A stretch of 64,000 bases of DNA from Shigella phage Sf25: sequence record MF327009, one strand, 5' to 3'. Below the pieces are notes generated by a model. That model was not told the origin of the DNA and did not search any database. It saw nothing but the letters and a program-made list of their open reading frames with translations. The translations under genes and the position numbers were made by a program. The first letter of the stretch is position 1. Each line of letters starts with the position of its first letter. This document shows, piece by piece, positions 21,814 through 32,026 of the stretch.

Positions 21814-21896
21814 AGACCTTCCCCTTATGTTTCTGTTTGCGATTAGATTCTTTAAACGCTTTCTTCTTATCTTTATGAACAGAAGCTTTATTAAAA

Positions 21897-22115
21897 TTAT
21901 GTTTTGCGACTAAATTGTTCATAGTGCTGAATTACCTCTCTTAAACATTTGCATGTGAATGAAAACTTTTTAGCTACACCACATTCAAATATATGTTCTC
22001 TTAAATCGCGTGTATCGGTATATCCCATCTCAACAATAAAGTGCCTTATCAGATTTTTATCTTTATCATTCAGAGAGTTAAAATAATCAGATTTTGAATT
22101 AATTTCCCTGGCCAA
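21897..22115 (-). CDS. Hypothetical protein
   Basis: ORF track 72 aa. Confidence 0.45.
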   Translation of the reverse strand: MAREINSKSDYFNSLNDKDKNLIRHFIVEMGYTDTRDLREHIFECGVAKKFSFTCKCLREVIQHYEQFSRKT

Positions 22116-22395
22116 ATTGAATCACCTTCAGTTGACGTTTTAATTCTTTTATCATTTCTTCGTTCATCGCAATATAAAGATCGCGTAAAGCAGGTTTTAG
22201 CATGTCATTTATTATAGAACTAAATGGACACACATAATCTTTTCCTACAAGCTTTTTGGTGAATTCCATATCACAGAACTTAAATCCCGGCTCATTGGCA
22301 TAAATTCCCCAATTAGTTGACATCATTTTATTAGCATATTCCAGTGCCTGGATTTGATTCATAATTCCATCAATTTGAAACTTTTTAATATTCAT
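22099..22395 (-). CDS. Hypothetical protein
   Basis: ORF track 98 aa. Confidence 0.5.
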   Translation of the reverse strand: MNIKKFQIDGIMNQIQALEYANKMMSTNWGIYANEPGFKFCDMEFTKKLVGKDYVCPFSSIINDMLKPALRDLYIAMNEEMIKELKRQLKVIQFGQGN

Positions 22396-22856
22396 TAGTA
22401 AAGGTCCTCAGAGTAAAGTTCTTTTTCACTACCACCACGTTCAATACGTACTTGTCCAGCGTAAGTTGCAATAATCATTGCTTCTTCACGTGTCCAATAA
22501 TTACTATATTGGTCAATAAACCCTTGGTCATCATCACAAACTTGTTGAGTAACTAATTGAGGTTTAACTACATCTAAAACTTCTGCCATATCTTTAGAAT
22601 AATGACGAGCACCTGGAATAATAAGAGTTCGTCCATCTTTTAATTTAAAACGGTTGGCTGCACAGACAATTCGTCGTTGATACTTTTGGTTTTCATCCCA
22701 ATATGCAGGCTGCCAACAGATTTCAGGAACTTCTTTCAGAATATCTTCTTCTGTGCATTTATAACCATGCGCTTTAAATTTTTCAACAAGACTTTCTGGA
22801 GTTTCACGAGATAAAGGAACATTCAGCATTTTTAAACGATTAATAAATGGGTTCAT
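22395..22856 (-). CDS. Hypothetical protein
   Basis: ORF track 153 aa. Confidence 0.5.
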   Translation of the reverse strand: MNPFINRLKMLNVPLSRETPESLVEKFKAHGYKCTEEDILKEVPEICWQPAYWDENQKYQRRIVCAANRFKLKDGRTLIIPGARHYSKDMAEVLDVVKPQLVTQQVCDDDQGFIDQYSNYWTREEAMIIATYAGQVRIERGGSEKELYSEDLY

Positions 22857-23182
22857 TTAAACCATCCTTTAATACGTTGCCACAAAGTTTTCTGCTGAGC
22901 TTTGTTAACACCAATTGAACGAATAACCGGTTGAGATTCCTGGAATTCTTTATAATCGGCAAGGTAAATTTCGTAAGCTGCATCCGTAAATGAACTTATC
23001 GCTGCCATAAAATTATTGCGAATACCTACTGGAGCATCTTTACTTTCACGAATAATCATGTATTTACCAGTCTTAATCTTTACGATAGTTCCAAGATAAG
23101 CTCCGTGGTACCAAATATCCCAACCCTCTTGAGTAGGTTCTGCGCAACGACGAAGTTCATTAACAATTTCTAACTTGTTCAT
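22853..23182 (-). CDS. Hypothetical protein
   Basis: ORF track 109 aa. Confidence 0.5.
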   Translation of the reverse strand: MNKLEIVNELRRCAEPTQEGWDIWYHGAYLGTIVKIKTGKYMIIRESKDAPVGIRNNFMAAISSFTDAAYEIYLADYKEFQESQPVIRSIGVNKAQQKTLWQRIKGWFK

Positions 23183-23192
23183 TATTTATTCC

Positions 23193-23828
23193 TCACAGTT
23201 CAGATGCTACAGTGATTACAGCTTCAATGTTTTCTGCCGAGCGTTTAATGTCAAGATACACATTACCGTTTTTAGCGATTTTACATGACATTCCGATGTC
23301 AGTAAATTTCTGAATATGATGTTCCATCATTTTGTATCCAAAAATTCGCATGTTTCCATTGTTGTTAATTTCAAAATTGCGAATTCCGTGAGTGCGTTTT
23401 TCTAAAATAGCGAGATAGTTACTGCGATAAGTTTCAACCTTTTTAAGAACAAATCCATTTTCATCTAAAAGTTTTAACATGAGGTCTTTATCTTCTTCCA
23501 TATCGGAAGTAATCTCGCGAGCTTTACGAGTTGCTCGTTTTTTCAGTAGTTCCGGAGCATTTTCTTGTGCGTATAAAGTTGCTGCATTTGAAATAATATC
23601 CTGAGCTTCACCAGTAATGATTAATCCATCACCAGATTTCTCCACCAGGCCTTTTTTAATCAATACCCCAATATTACTATTAACTACTGCGTTACCTAAA
23701 TCTGGATGCACCTCACGAACTTCTGCGGCTGTAATGAAATCTTTCTTAGCAATAGTAATTAAAATCGCAGCTGTTTTTTCATTCAGAACATCGTTAGAAG
23801 CTTTGATGATGTAAGTTACTTTAGACAT
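23193..23828 (-). CDS. motA: Middle transcription activator MotA
   Basis: 211 aa MSKVTYIIKASNDVLNEKTAAILITIAKKDF... Confidence 0.9.
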   Translation of the reverse strand: MSKVTYIIKASNDVLNEKTAAILITIAKKDFITAAEVREVHPDLGNAVVNSNIGVLIKKGLVEKSGDGLIITGEAQDIISNAATLYAQENAPELLKKRATRKAREITSDMEEDKDLMLKLLDENGFVLKKVETYRSNYLAILEKRTHGIRNFEINNNGNMRIFGYKMMEHHIQKFTDIGMSCKIAKNGNVYLDIKRSAENIEAVITVASEL

Positions 23829-23869
23829 TTTCTAATCTCCGTAATTCTGTATCAGTAGTTGATAGTTGT

Positions 23870-23899
23870 ATAGTACCACAGTATGCTTTGGTTGTAAAC
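23870..23899 (-). promoter_or_regulatory. Putative early promoter for motA (GTTTAC-N18-TACTAT)
   Basis: Reverse complement GTTTACAACCAAAGCATACTGTGGTACTAT with A/T-rich upstream tract. Confidence 0.5.
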
Positions 23900-23919
23900 C
23901 GTTTTGTGAAAAAATTTTT

Positions 23920-23950
23920 GAAATAAAAAAGGGAGAGCCGAGGCTCTCCC
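23920..23950 (-). terminator. Intrinsic terminator
   Basis: Minus-strand GGGAGAGC-loop-GCTCTCCC hairpin followed by TTTTTTATTTC. Confidence 0.65.
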
Positions 23951-23955
23951 TAAAA

Positions 23956-24105
23956 TTACTGCTCAAACACGATAACTATCATGATAACACGTTGAATTCC
24001 GAACGCAAGAAGACCTCCTGCTACGGCTGGAACAACACCTAAACCAGCCAGTAAAATGCTACCGGATACTAATGCAGCGCTTGTAATACCTATGAATGGA
24101 CTCAT
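23956..24105 (-). CDS. Small hydrophobic membrane peptide (49 aa), translationally coupled to gene 52
   Basis: Hand translation MSPFIGITSAALVSGSILLAGLGVVPAVAGGLLAFGIQRVIMIVIVFEQ; its ATG overlaps the gene 52 stop (ATGA). Confidence 0.5.
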   Translation of the reverse strand: MSPFIGITSAALVSGSILLAGLGVVPAVAGGLLAFGIQRVIMIVIVFEQ

Positions 24106-25430
24106 TTGATTTCCTCTAAATCTTTGGTGTATTCTGTAACTACATCAGTAGTTTTCCAATATTCGTTTTCTTCTTTTTTAGCTTTAGCTTCTTCAGCAAG
24201 TTTCTTTGCTTCATCAGAAGTCATATGAAAAATATTCATACCAACTAGTTTATCAACATAAGAAGAATACATATCAATTTTAGAAAGTTCTTCTGTCAGT
24301 TCTTTACGAGTTTTACCTTGTACAACAATTTCACCTGAAATTACTTTCTTAATGAAATGTGCCTTGGCAAAGGCTAAACGAAATGCTGATTCAGTTTCTT
24401 TGATTTTGTTATCAATTCGTTTTTGGACATAAGTTTTACGAATTTCAACAAAGTCTTTAATTAAATCGACTACGTTATCGTAAACTTGTAGTTTTCCTTT
24501 CTCATTAATAACCGTAATATTCTGAGAACGACGCTCAATCAACCCGAAGTCTTTCATAATTTTTGCATGGCGTTCTTCTTCATTATCGCTCAAAGAATAT
24601 TCTTTACGGAATTTAACTTTAAAGCCAAAACCATGCTCACCACAAGCATCATCCCATGTAATGAAGCCTTTATCTTCAAGTGGGTCTAAGATTTTACTCA
24701 CATAAGTTTCACGATCATACTTATACGGAATCTCAGTGATATGCATTTGAGTTCGTGAAGTAAACTTATATGTTCCACGAATTTCATATTGCCCATCAAT
24801 TTCAACGACTTCACCACGAAATTCTGGGAATTCTACCTTCGGTTTAGTTACTTTCTTTCCTTGAAGAGCTTGTAGTACAGCTTTCTTGACAGAAGAAACG
24901 CTATGAGGAAGAATGTAAGTTGCATAACCAGTTGCAATACCGGAAACGCCATTAAGAAGAACAGTAGGAATAATAGGCAAATAGAAAGCAGGCGGAATGT
25001 GTTCTTTATCTTGATGTACCGGAGCATATTCAGTATCTTTATATACGTTATAGAAATTTTTACTTACACGAGCAAAAATATAACGACTTGCTGCTGCTTT
25101 TTGGACGGTACGAGAACCAAAGTTTCCTTGACCATCTAACAGAGGAAAGTTATTATTCCAAGTATTAGCCATCAAAGCACCTGCGTCTTGTGCAGAGTTT
25201 TCACCATGATGATATCCAAGGTCTGCTACACCACCTGCAATAGAAGCGAGTTTGTGAAACTTATCTTTATTTCCTCGTGCCAAATCAAGAGCTCGAGAAA
25301 TAACAAATCGTTGAACTGGCTTAAATCCATCAATCATATTTGGGATAGCACGATTTTCAACCGTGTACATAGCATAAGCCAATGCTTCATTATCAATGAT
25401 ACTTTTTAAATCGCGATTATTCAGTTGCAT
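24102..25430 (-). CDS. 52: DNA topoisomerase II medium subunit gp52 (GyrA-like)
   Basis: 442 aa; breakage-reunion domain sequence. Confidence 0.92.
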   Translation of the reverse strand: MQLNNRDLKSIIDNEALAYAMYTVENRAIPNMIDGFKPVQRFVISRALDLARGNKDKFHKLASIAGGVADLGYHHGENSAQDAGALMANTWNNNFPLLDGQGNFGSRTVQKAAASRYIFARVSKNFYNVYKDTEYAPVHQDKEHIPPAFYLPIIPTVLLNGVSGIATGYATYILPHSVSSVKKAVLQALQGKKVTKPKVEFPEFRGEVVEIDGQYEIRGTYKFTSRTQMHITEIPYKYDRETYVSKILDPLEDKGFITWDDACGEHGFGFKVKFRKEYSLSDNEEERHAKIMKDFGLIERRSQNITVINEKGKLQVYDNVVDLIKDFVEIRKTYVQKRIDNKIKETESAFRLAFAKAHFIKKVISGEIVVQGKTRKELTEELSKIDMYSSYVDKLVGMNIFHMTSDEAKKLAEEAKAKKEENEYWKTTDVVTEYTKDLEEIK

Positions 25431-25434
25431 AAAT

Positions 25435-25575
25435 TTACCATACTAGTGAATGTAGTGCCATAATAACATCAGAAATGAAAAGCACGACTTGAATTAATCC
25501 GAACATTACTCCATAATATAGTGCTACCAATAAAGTAGCAAGGGCTAATGAATAGCCCAAGATTTTCTTAATCAT
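25435..25575 (-). CDS. Small hydrophobic membrane peptide (46 aa) immediately upstream of gene 52
   Basis: Hand translation MIKKILGYSLALATLLVALYYGVMFGLIQVVLFISDVIMALHSLVW. Confidence 0.4.
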   Translation of the reverse strand: MIKKILGYSLALATLLVALYYGVMFGLIQVVLFISDVIMALHSLVW

Positions 25576-25679
25576 TAGTAGATAACAACACAAATGTTAA
25601 ATATGCACACATACCCTGGGCTAAAGCTTGAAATTATTACGATAGAACTGCATCACATGTTCGTTATGGAAATTACTCA

Positions 25680-26138
25680 TTAATATGCCTGCAAAACAAA
25701 TTTAAAGTTATCAGCCAACATACGGTTCATTTCTTCAAGTGTTTGATACTCAGAATGATGATTACGAGTAAACGCTAAAGCTAACTGTCCTTTTCCAAAT
25801 CCCGTCGTCAGAGGTTTCATCTTAGAAGCAGGCAGATAAAATACTGTGTATACCATATTGTTATTTGCAATAGTACGTGCAAGCTGAGACCGACGTTGAC
25901 GAATATGACTTAGAACTGCACTGAATCCTTGCTTAGAACGCTGATTACCTACATAAAATCGTGCAGACACACATGGATTACTAAATGGACGACCATCTAA
26001 TTTACTTACTAAAAAGTAAAATCCAGGTTTAGATAAAATATCTTTATGCGGAGTTCCCAAAAACCACTCACCACCCTTGATTGTACCAATAACAGTTGCG
26101 CCTGCATTATTCAGATCAGTAACAGTCATATATTTCAT
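25680..26138 (-). CDS. ndd: Nucleoid disruption protein Ndd
   Basis: Start [13 protein letters not shown] with GAGGA RBS; about 152 aa. Confidence 0.8.
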
Positions 26139-26198
26139 ATTAATTTCCTCTAAATTATTTTCTACTCCAAGGCCGCATGAATACACGCGGCCATTAAA

Positions 26199-26414
26199 TT
26201 AATCGTCGCAGTCGACGCTCAATTCCCAAAACTCTTCTACGGTATAAGTTTCAGTATCATTTTCAATACAAAAACGTTCATTACTGTTATTTGCTAAAGT
26301 AGCATTAACTGTCGGTTTCTCGCTAGTGCTCTTAAGAGGTGAAATGCGAATTAACTGATCACCGTTATCTAAACAGAAAATTTCACCAACTTTTACATCT
26401 TTAAAACTTTTCAT
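26199..26414 (-). CDS. Hypothetical protein
   Basis: ORF track 71 aa. Confidence 0.45.
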   Translation of the reverse strand: MKSFKDVKVGEIFCLDNGDQLIRISPLKSTSEKPTVNATLANNSNERFCIENDTETYTVEEFWELSVDCDD

Positions 26415-26529
26415 AATTCACCTCAAGGAGTATAAAATCCAAATGCAGTTGTTGACCATCCCATCCAATATGGAAAATTTGCACCAATGTAAAACATAAG
26501 AATATAAAACCAAATGTTTAGTAAATTCA

Positions 26530-26718
26530 TTATTTTACACCATTCCAAATTGTTTCAACTACAGATTTTAAGCCATTTTGATGAATGTCCATTCCGACTA
26601 CCGCCATCAAATAGATTCCAACTACGTTTAACATATCAATCATTAAAACGATTGGGAATATACTCAAAACTACTAGTATTATAACTACATTCCATATAGC
26701 TTTAATAATCTTTTTCAT
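26530..26718 (-). CDS. Small membrane protein
   Basis: Start MKKIIKAIWNVVIILVVLSIFPIVL with GGAGG RBS; 62 aa. Confidence 0.5.
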   Translation of the reverse strand: MKKIIKAIWNVVIILVVLSIFPIVLMIDMLNVVGIYLMAVVGMDIHQNGLKSVVETIWNGVK

Positions 26719-26746
26719 TTTCTGTTCCTCCGTAGTTGATAGGGTA

Positions 26747-26776
26747 ATAATACCACAGAGGAACAGTCTTGTAAAC
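26747..26776 (-). promoter_or_regulatory. Putative early promoter (GTTTAC-N18-TATTAT)
   Basis: Reverse complement GTTTACAAGACTGTTCCTCTGTGGTATTAT. Confidence 0.45.
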
Positions 26777-26961
26777 AACTTTTTTAAAAATATTCGTAAT
26801 AAATGTGAATACCAACTACTACTGCTGAAACTTGCACAACCCACCACGCACAAGCAATAAGCACAGAATTCAAAATTTTCATAATAACCTCATCACAAAA
26901 GTAAATGTTAAACAAATTAATGGAATACTAATTAACCAAACGAAACACCACCATAATGAAC

Positions 26962-27225
26962 TCATAGTTCAATCTCAGCGATTTCCAAGTGTTTTTGTTT
27001 TATTGCCTTTTTAACACAATCATGGACTAAATATGACCATGAATCATTATATTCTCCATTAACTAATCGTTGGAGATCTTCACGTGATGATAAGTAAGGT
27101 TGATCTGATTCCCATTTTGATAAAAATACTGCAGTAAAAATATCTCCTTCATCTGTAGTTGAAGTCGTAAATGCAATAAATTCACCGGTAATTTTATGTT
27201 TAGCGTAATAAAATTTAAATTTCAT
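26962..27225 (-). CDS. Hypothetical protein
   Basis: ORF track 87 aa; GGAGGAG RBS. Confidence 0.5.
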   Translation of the reverse strand: MKFKFYYAKHKITGEFIAFTTSTTDEGDIFTAVFLSKWESDQPYLSSREDLQRLVNGEYNDSWSYLVHDCVKKAIKQKHLEIAEIEL

Positions 27226-27251
27226 TTTCCGCTCCTCCGTAGTTGATAGTT

Positions 27252-27281
27252 ATATAGTACCACGGTCCTTGTGGTATGTAA
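27252..27281 (-). promoter_or_regulatory. Putative early promoter (GTTTAC-N18-TACTAT)
   Basis: Reverse complement GTTTACATACCACAAGGACCGTGGTACTAT. Confidence 0.45.
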
Positions 27282-27299
27282 ACCGTTTTGTGAAAATTT

Positions 27300-27857
27300 T
27301 TAAATGGAAAGATACCATCCGTTGTAGTTGCTTTTTCTTACAACCTTACGAAGGTCTTCTCTATCACCGATGAACTTCGGAGTGTACTGGATGACACCTG
27401 GGTGAATTTCTTTAGTGTTGAATATAATTATACAGTCAGCGACCTGATGATTCAGAATGGGCCCTAGATTTATTCCAGAACCATATGGATACTCTCCGCT
27501 GCATCCTGTTGTTACAGAAATCCAACGTGAGTCAGTTTGATGTGTCTTAACTTCTACACGAAGCCCGCAGTATCTTGGATGCGCCAATACATCCCATGCG
27601 TATGTATACGGGTCATTAACATCCTCTTGGCCTTTGTTAACATATCCGCTTAGCCAATCTGCTACAAAAAACTCTGCGTACACCGCGATACGACATCTTT
27701 CAATAACTTCTGCTTTATCCTGATTTGGATTTTGTTTTAAAGAGTATCTTGCTGTATCAGCAATTTTGACCTTCATTTCACTAGTCAAGTCATTGTTCGA
27801 TAGGGTAAATGTCGGAATCTGAAATAGTCTCTGTAAACCCGGATTCGTTTTCTGCAT
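27300..27857 (-). CDS. denB: Endonuclease IV DenB
   Basis: 185 aa MQKTNPGLQRLFQIPTFTLSNNDL... Confidence 0.8.
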   Translation of the reverse strand: MQKTNPGLQRLFQIPTFTLSNNDLTSEMKVKIADTARYSLKQNPNQDKAEVIERCRIAVYAEFFVADWLSGYVNKGQEDVNDPYTYAWDVLAHPRYCGLRVEVKTHQTDSRWISVTTGCSGEYPYGSGINLGPILNHQVADCIIIFNTKEIHPGVIQYTPKFIGDREDLRKVVRKSNYNGWYLSI

Positions 27858-28119
27858 TTAGACTTTCCTTTTTACCGCTGAGATAAGCGTTATACACTTT
27901 AAGAGTACCGTAGTAAATTCGGTCATTTTCATCTAAAGACACACGGTCAAGTTCATCAAGTTCCTTTTTATCCATGACTATAACATCATTGCAATAAAGA
28001 AACCCAAGTTTTTCGTGACCAAACTCAAATTTATTACAGTACACAATATTAGCGTGATGATTTCCGTGCAGTTTAATCTCTTTTATGTCGGAATCACCGA
28101 TATTCATACAATAAATCAT
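27790..28119 (-). CDS. Hypothetical protein (overlaps denB start by about 68 nt)
   Basis: ORF track 109 aa. Confidence 0.45.
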   Translation of the reverse strand: MIYCMNIGDSDIKEIKLHGNHHANIVYCNKFEFGHEKLGFLYCNDVIVMDKKELDELDRVSLDENDRIYYGTLKVYNAYLSGKKESLNAENESGFTETISDSDIYPIEQ

Positions 28120-28144
28120 AATTTTTCCTTAAAACAAAAGGGCC
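28120..28144 (-). terminator. Intrinsic terminator with UUCG tetraloop
   Basis: Minus strand AAGGGC-UUCG-GCCCTT followed by TTTTGTTTT. Confidence 0.65.
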
Positions 28145-28157
28145 GAAGCCCTTTATT

Positions 28158-28352
28158 TTACTTGAATTGTGCAATTCTTTTCTCTAGACATTCAGCATAA
28201 GATTTCATTGAGATGAACTGTGAAAGCAGCAGTTCTTGCTCAACTGCACTAACCGTTAGAAACTTTGTGCTTTCTAAAAATTTGCTCAGTGCATTAATTT
28301 TGAGCATTAATTGATCGTATTCTTCTTTTACTCGTGCTTGATAACCTAACAT
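28158..28352 (-). CDS. Hypothetical protein
   Basis: ORF track 64 aa; AAGGAAA RBS. Confidence 0.5.
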   Translation of the reverse strand: MLGYQARVKEEYDQLMLKINALSKFLESTKFLTVSAVEQELLLSQFISMKSYAECLEKRIAQFK

Positions 28353-28380
28353 AATTTTCCTTAGTTAAGGGCCGAAGCCC

Positions 28381-29319
28381 TTATTTAAATTGCTCAGTAA
28401 CGTCTTCAACTACTTCGTATTGGCAAGTACGCATTTTAGCATCGTTGTAATCAATCGGAATTGATACTACATCACGCGGATGTACTTTAACTTTTACAAC
28501 TCGGCTAGTTGAACTACCAAAGTGACGAATATAAGATTTAGAACACACATGCAGACCACGAGAACAAGTTTGTGTATCATCGTCGTTCACACGAGTACGT
28601 GGCATTTTAACTACTTTACCAGGACTGTTATCAAAGGTATTTGAGTGACAATCAAAGTAATTGCTACGAACTACTTTCCAAGCATAGAAGTAACCATCTT
28701 CTGTAATTTCAATATCGTTTGCTACCAAGAAATCAAAGAGTCGAGATACCGCTTTTTGGCTTGGGTTTTCCAGCAGATTTTCCAAGAACGGAAAATAAAA
28801 TTCAAAGTTTTCACCTTTTTCCATCGAATCGAGAATACGATCAACTAAACCAGACCGTAATTCGATATTTTGATAGAACAAGCTTCCGCCTTCAATTCGA
28901 ACATCGCCGGAAATATATTTTTCAACAGCGCGACGAACATTAATTTTTTGTGCAGCTTCTTCCAGCTTATCCGCTACAAGCAGATTAAGAATTTCCTGGA
29001 AGTTTGAATGAGTATTAGGTGTTGCGTTATAAGTTACACCGTCGACAGTAATTGAAATGAATTTTTTAGATGCATTCCAAATAATGTCAGATTTAGCAAC
29101 TGGAGCAATAACTGCATCGCTATTAACTTTAACTGTAATATCACCGCTAATAGTAACTTTAGGGCGTTTAGCTTCTTCAGCATTTTTCAAAACACGACGG
29201 ATTGTATCAACCGATACATCCTTCCAATAAGCCAATTCCTGTTGGGTGTAATTACCGCTTGAATACAGTTTAACAATTTCAGCTTGTTCGTTTTTGGTCA
29301 GGCATTTAATATTGTACAT
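28381..29319 (-). CDS. rIIB: rIIB protein
   Basis: 312 aa MYNIKCLTKNEQAEIVKLYSSGNYTQQELAYWKDV... Confidence 0.92.
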   Translation of the reverse strand: MYNIKCLTKNEQAEIVKLYSSGNYTQQELAYWKDVSVDTIRRVLKNAEEAKRPKVTISGDITVKVNSDAVIAPVAKSDIIWNASKKFISITVDGVTYNATPNTHSNFQEILNLLVADKLEEAAQKINVRRAVEKYISGDVRIEGGSLFYQNIELRSGLVDRILDSMEKGENFEFYFPFLENLLENPSQKAVSRLFDFLVANDIEITEDGYFYAWKVVRSNYFDCHSNTFDNSPGKVVKMPRTRVNDDDTQTCSRGLHVCSKSYIRHFGSSTSRVVKVKVHPRDVVSIPIDYNDAKMRTCQYEVVEDVTEQFK

Positions 29320-29330
29320 AATTTTCCTTA

Positions 29331-31757
29331 TTAGGCCGCAAGGGCCTTCATAGTTTTAGCGATTTGAGAAACTTCATCATCACTTAAAGAGTTGCGATAA
29401 CCGATGAAGTCGGAAACAATACGGAATTTCTTGGTAAACTCAGCAACCATTTTATCACTGTTTTTTGAAGCATTATTTGATAATACATCAAAAAGATTAG
29501 TTACTGTCCAGATGTCATGACCGATGGTACCTTTTCCACCGTTGAAATATACGCCCCGCAATGAACTAACTATATTAGCGAGTCGTGTATATTCTTCAGA
29601 AACTTCATCTGTACTGAAGTACTTCATCATAAAATCTAGTTCAGGATACTTGATAATTTTATCAATATATCGTTGAGCTGAACTTGAATAACCTACGTAC
29701 TTATCATAATCTACATCATCAAAAGCATCTACATATAAATCACGCAGAGTTTCAAAAATACATTGGCACTGACCGAGTTCTTTTACCTTTTTCTGCAAAA
29801 GCGGACGAATAACATAAAATTCATTAATGCCAATAAGATTAGCCATACGAATCAAAATATTCATAGATGGATGACAAAGAGATGTAGTACCATCCATAGA
29901 GAAAATATCAGAACGATGCATATACGCTACATAACCAGTAATTTCATCTGCTTCTGATGTGAGCGTAAACAGTTCCTCTTTTTCCCATCGCCCATCTTTA
30001 ATTTCAAACTTAAATGCTGTAGCAGCTTTAGGACGAGGAGCTTTACTTTTAACTACCTTTGGAATATAGCTTTTAACTAAAGCTTCAATTTCTGACAAAT
30101 AATGAATGTTAACTTCATCACTTTCAAACATCGCCATAATATCAGGAAGTAAATCAATCTGCGATTCTACTTCTGGATTAATAAACAGAAGACGCTCATT
30201 GTGATGAATATTCAAAGTGTTATTAAATTCACTATCATCTAACGCATGTGCTAATCCACGAACAATATTAACACGATTTTTAATATTATCAATAACGATA
30301 TTAATTTTTGTTGTATTAATACCAAACAGACGATAACTTGATGCAACGGCTGAAGTTTCATGACTTTGCTTAATGCGTTTCAGTCGAGGGTCAAGATTTA
30401 CTTCATACACAACTCCTGCATTGCATAACTTACTGTCAGGTTCAAACATGCTCTGCATCTTTTTATATGACAGATTTTTAGTCGTGAATTTGACTGAATT
30501 ACTAATCATATAATCTCGAGCAGAATATCCCATCTTCATCAATTCACGATATGTGTGACGAGGAGATGTAGATTCTTTAAATCGTTTTACATCTTCATTG
30601 AATGCCTTCTCACTAAGCTCTTTAACACGCTCAATAATATTTTTACGAGTACGATCATCTAGTGAAAGAGCTTCGCGTGATGGAGCAATATCAAGTGAAC
30701 CCATTGGAAACTTAATGTAATTCACTTCATTGCGAATGCTTAGCCAGTTACGGTCTCTAATAACACCATCGATAGGATAAACAATACCGCCATAGATAGC
30801 ATATAATCCACCACGATCAGGCCAGTATCTTTCTGGATTTACACCATAATAATCATCAAAATCAGGAAAATAATCAATTTCAATAATATTTTTACGAGTA
30901 CGATCATCTAGTGAAAGAGCTTCGCGTGATGGAGCAATATCAAGTGAACCCATTGGAAACTTAATGTAATTCACTTCATTGCGAATGCTTAGCCAGTTAC
31001 GGTCTCTAATAACACCATCGATAGGATAAACAATACCGCCATAGATAGCATATAATCCACCACGATCAGGCCAGTATCTTTCTGGATTTACACCATAATA
31101 ATCATCAAAATCAGGAAAATAATCAATTTCGCGGTCAAGACCATTAATGATAGCCAAATCTTTGAACGGTCGCATGATATAAGAAACTTCATAAGCAAAG
31201 TTTCTAAAGTCTTTTTCTTCAACTGGAACTACGATTTCAATACCAGTTTTATCATCTGGACCCATTTCTTTTACGAATGTAGGTTTAATCTGTGGGCCAT
31301 CACCATCCATGTAAGCTACATAACCACGAATTTCACCTTTATGATACGAAGTAATACTAAACGTATCAGTATAACTAAACGGAGATTTAGAACCTAAACC
31401 AAATCCGCCAATAAAGTCATTAGATTCAGCCTTAGATGAACTGAAGTATGAATTATACAGCCCAGGAGAATTATCATCACCCTGAATATCAAAATCACTC
31501 ATACCCGGACCAAAATCTCGACAAACAAATCGTGGATCTAATCGTCCTGGAACTTGAATGATAAATTTTTCAGGATTTCCATTAAGTGCATGAGCATCAA
31601 TCATGTTAGTAATCAATTCACGGACTACTGCGCGAATCTTGTTTGTATACAAATCAGATGACAGAATTTTAAATACTTTAGGATTTGCTGCGATGCTAAA
31701 TGCTTTTGATTTAGAACCATTGCCAAGAATTGTTTCTTTTTCAGTGGTGATAATCAT
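29331..31757 (-). CDS. rIIA: rIIA protein; 808 aa including an 83-aa in-frame tandem duplication
   Basis: N-terminal GHKL-like ATPase sequence; peptide [25 protein letters not shown]...RTRKNII occurs twice. Confidence 0.9.
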   Translation of the reverse strand: MIITTEKETILGNGSKSKAFSIAANPKVFKILSSDLYTNKIRAVVRELITNMIDAHALNGNPEKFIIQVPGRLDPRFVCRDFGPGMSDFDIQGDDNSPGLYNSYFSSSKAESNDFIGGFGLGSKSPFSYTDTFSITSYHKGEIRGYVAYMDGDGPQIKPTFVKEMGPDDKTGIEIVVPVEEKDFRNFAYEVSYIMRPFKDLAIINGLDREIDYFPDFDDYYGVNPERYWPDRGGLYAIYGGIVYPIDGVIRDRNWLSIRNEVNYIKFPMGSLDIAPSREALSLDDRTRKNIIEIDYFPDFDDYYGVNPERYWPDRGGLYAIYGGIVYPIDGVIRDRNWLSIRNEVNYIKFPMGSLDIAPSREALSLDDRTRKNIIERVKELSEKAFNEDVKRFKESTSPRHTYRELMKMGYSARDYMISNSVKFTTKNLSYKKMQSMFEPDSKLCNAGVVYEVNLDPRLKRIKQSHETSAVASSYRLFGINTTKINIVIDNIKNRVNIVRGLAHALDDSEFNNTLNIHHNERLLFINPEVESQIDLLPDIMAMFESDEVNIHYLSEIEALVKSYIPKVVKSKAPRPKAATAFKFEIKDGRWEKEELFTLTSEADEITGYVAYMHRSDIFSMDGTTSLCHPSMNILIRMANLIGINEFYVIRPLLQKKVKELGQCQCIFETLRDLYVDAFDDVDYDKYVGYSSSAQRYIDKIIKYPELDFMMKYFSTDEVSEEYTRLANIVSSLRGVYFNGGKGTIGHDIWTVTNLFDVLSNNASKNSDKMVAEFTKKFRIVSDFIGYRNSLSDDEVSQIAKTMKALAA
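30632..31129. repeat. Exact direct tandem duplication, 2 x 249 bp, inside rIIA
   Basis: caataatatttttacgagtacgatcatctagtgaaagagc... begins at 30632 and 30881. Confidence 0.9.
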
Positions 31758-31767
31758 AATTTCCTCA

Positions 31768-31971
31768 TTAATTCATATTACGCTTAATAACTTCAGCAAC
31801 TTCTAGTAGTTCATCTTTAGTTGCAGTGTCGGATTGAATTTTATCTCTAATATCTTTAAAGCGGTTTTTAAATTCTTCGGCTTCTCCCATATCGAAAAAG
31901 CGTTGAATGATTCTATATTCTCGATGAACTGCTTTATCAAAAAGTTCTAAATTTACTTTATATGATTTCAT
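31768..31971 (-). CDS. Hypothetical protein
   Basis: ORF track 67 aa; GAGGA RBS. Confidence 0.5.
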   Translation of the reverse strand: MKSYKVNLELFDKAVHREYRIIQRFFDMGEAEEFKNRFKDIRDKIQSDTATKDELLEVAEVIKRNMN

Positions 31972-31996
31972 TTCAATATCCTCATTTGCCCAATTA

Positions 31997-32026
31997 ATTA
32001 TACCACATCCTTGTGGTAAAGTAAAC
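31997..32026 (-). promoter_or_regulatory. Putative early promoter (GTTTAC-N18-TATAAT) overlapping the 3' end of gene 39
   Basis: Reverse complement GTTTACTTTACCACAAGGATGTGGTATAAT. Confidence 0.5.
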
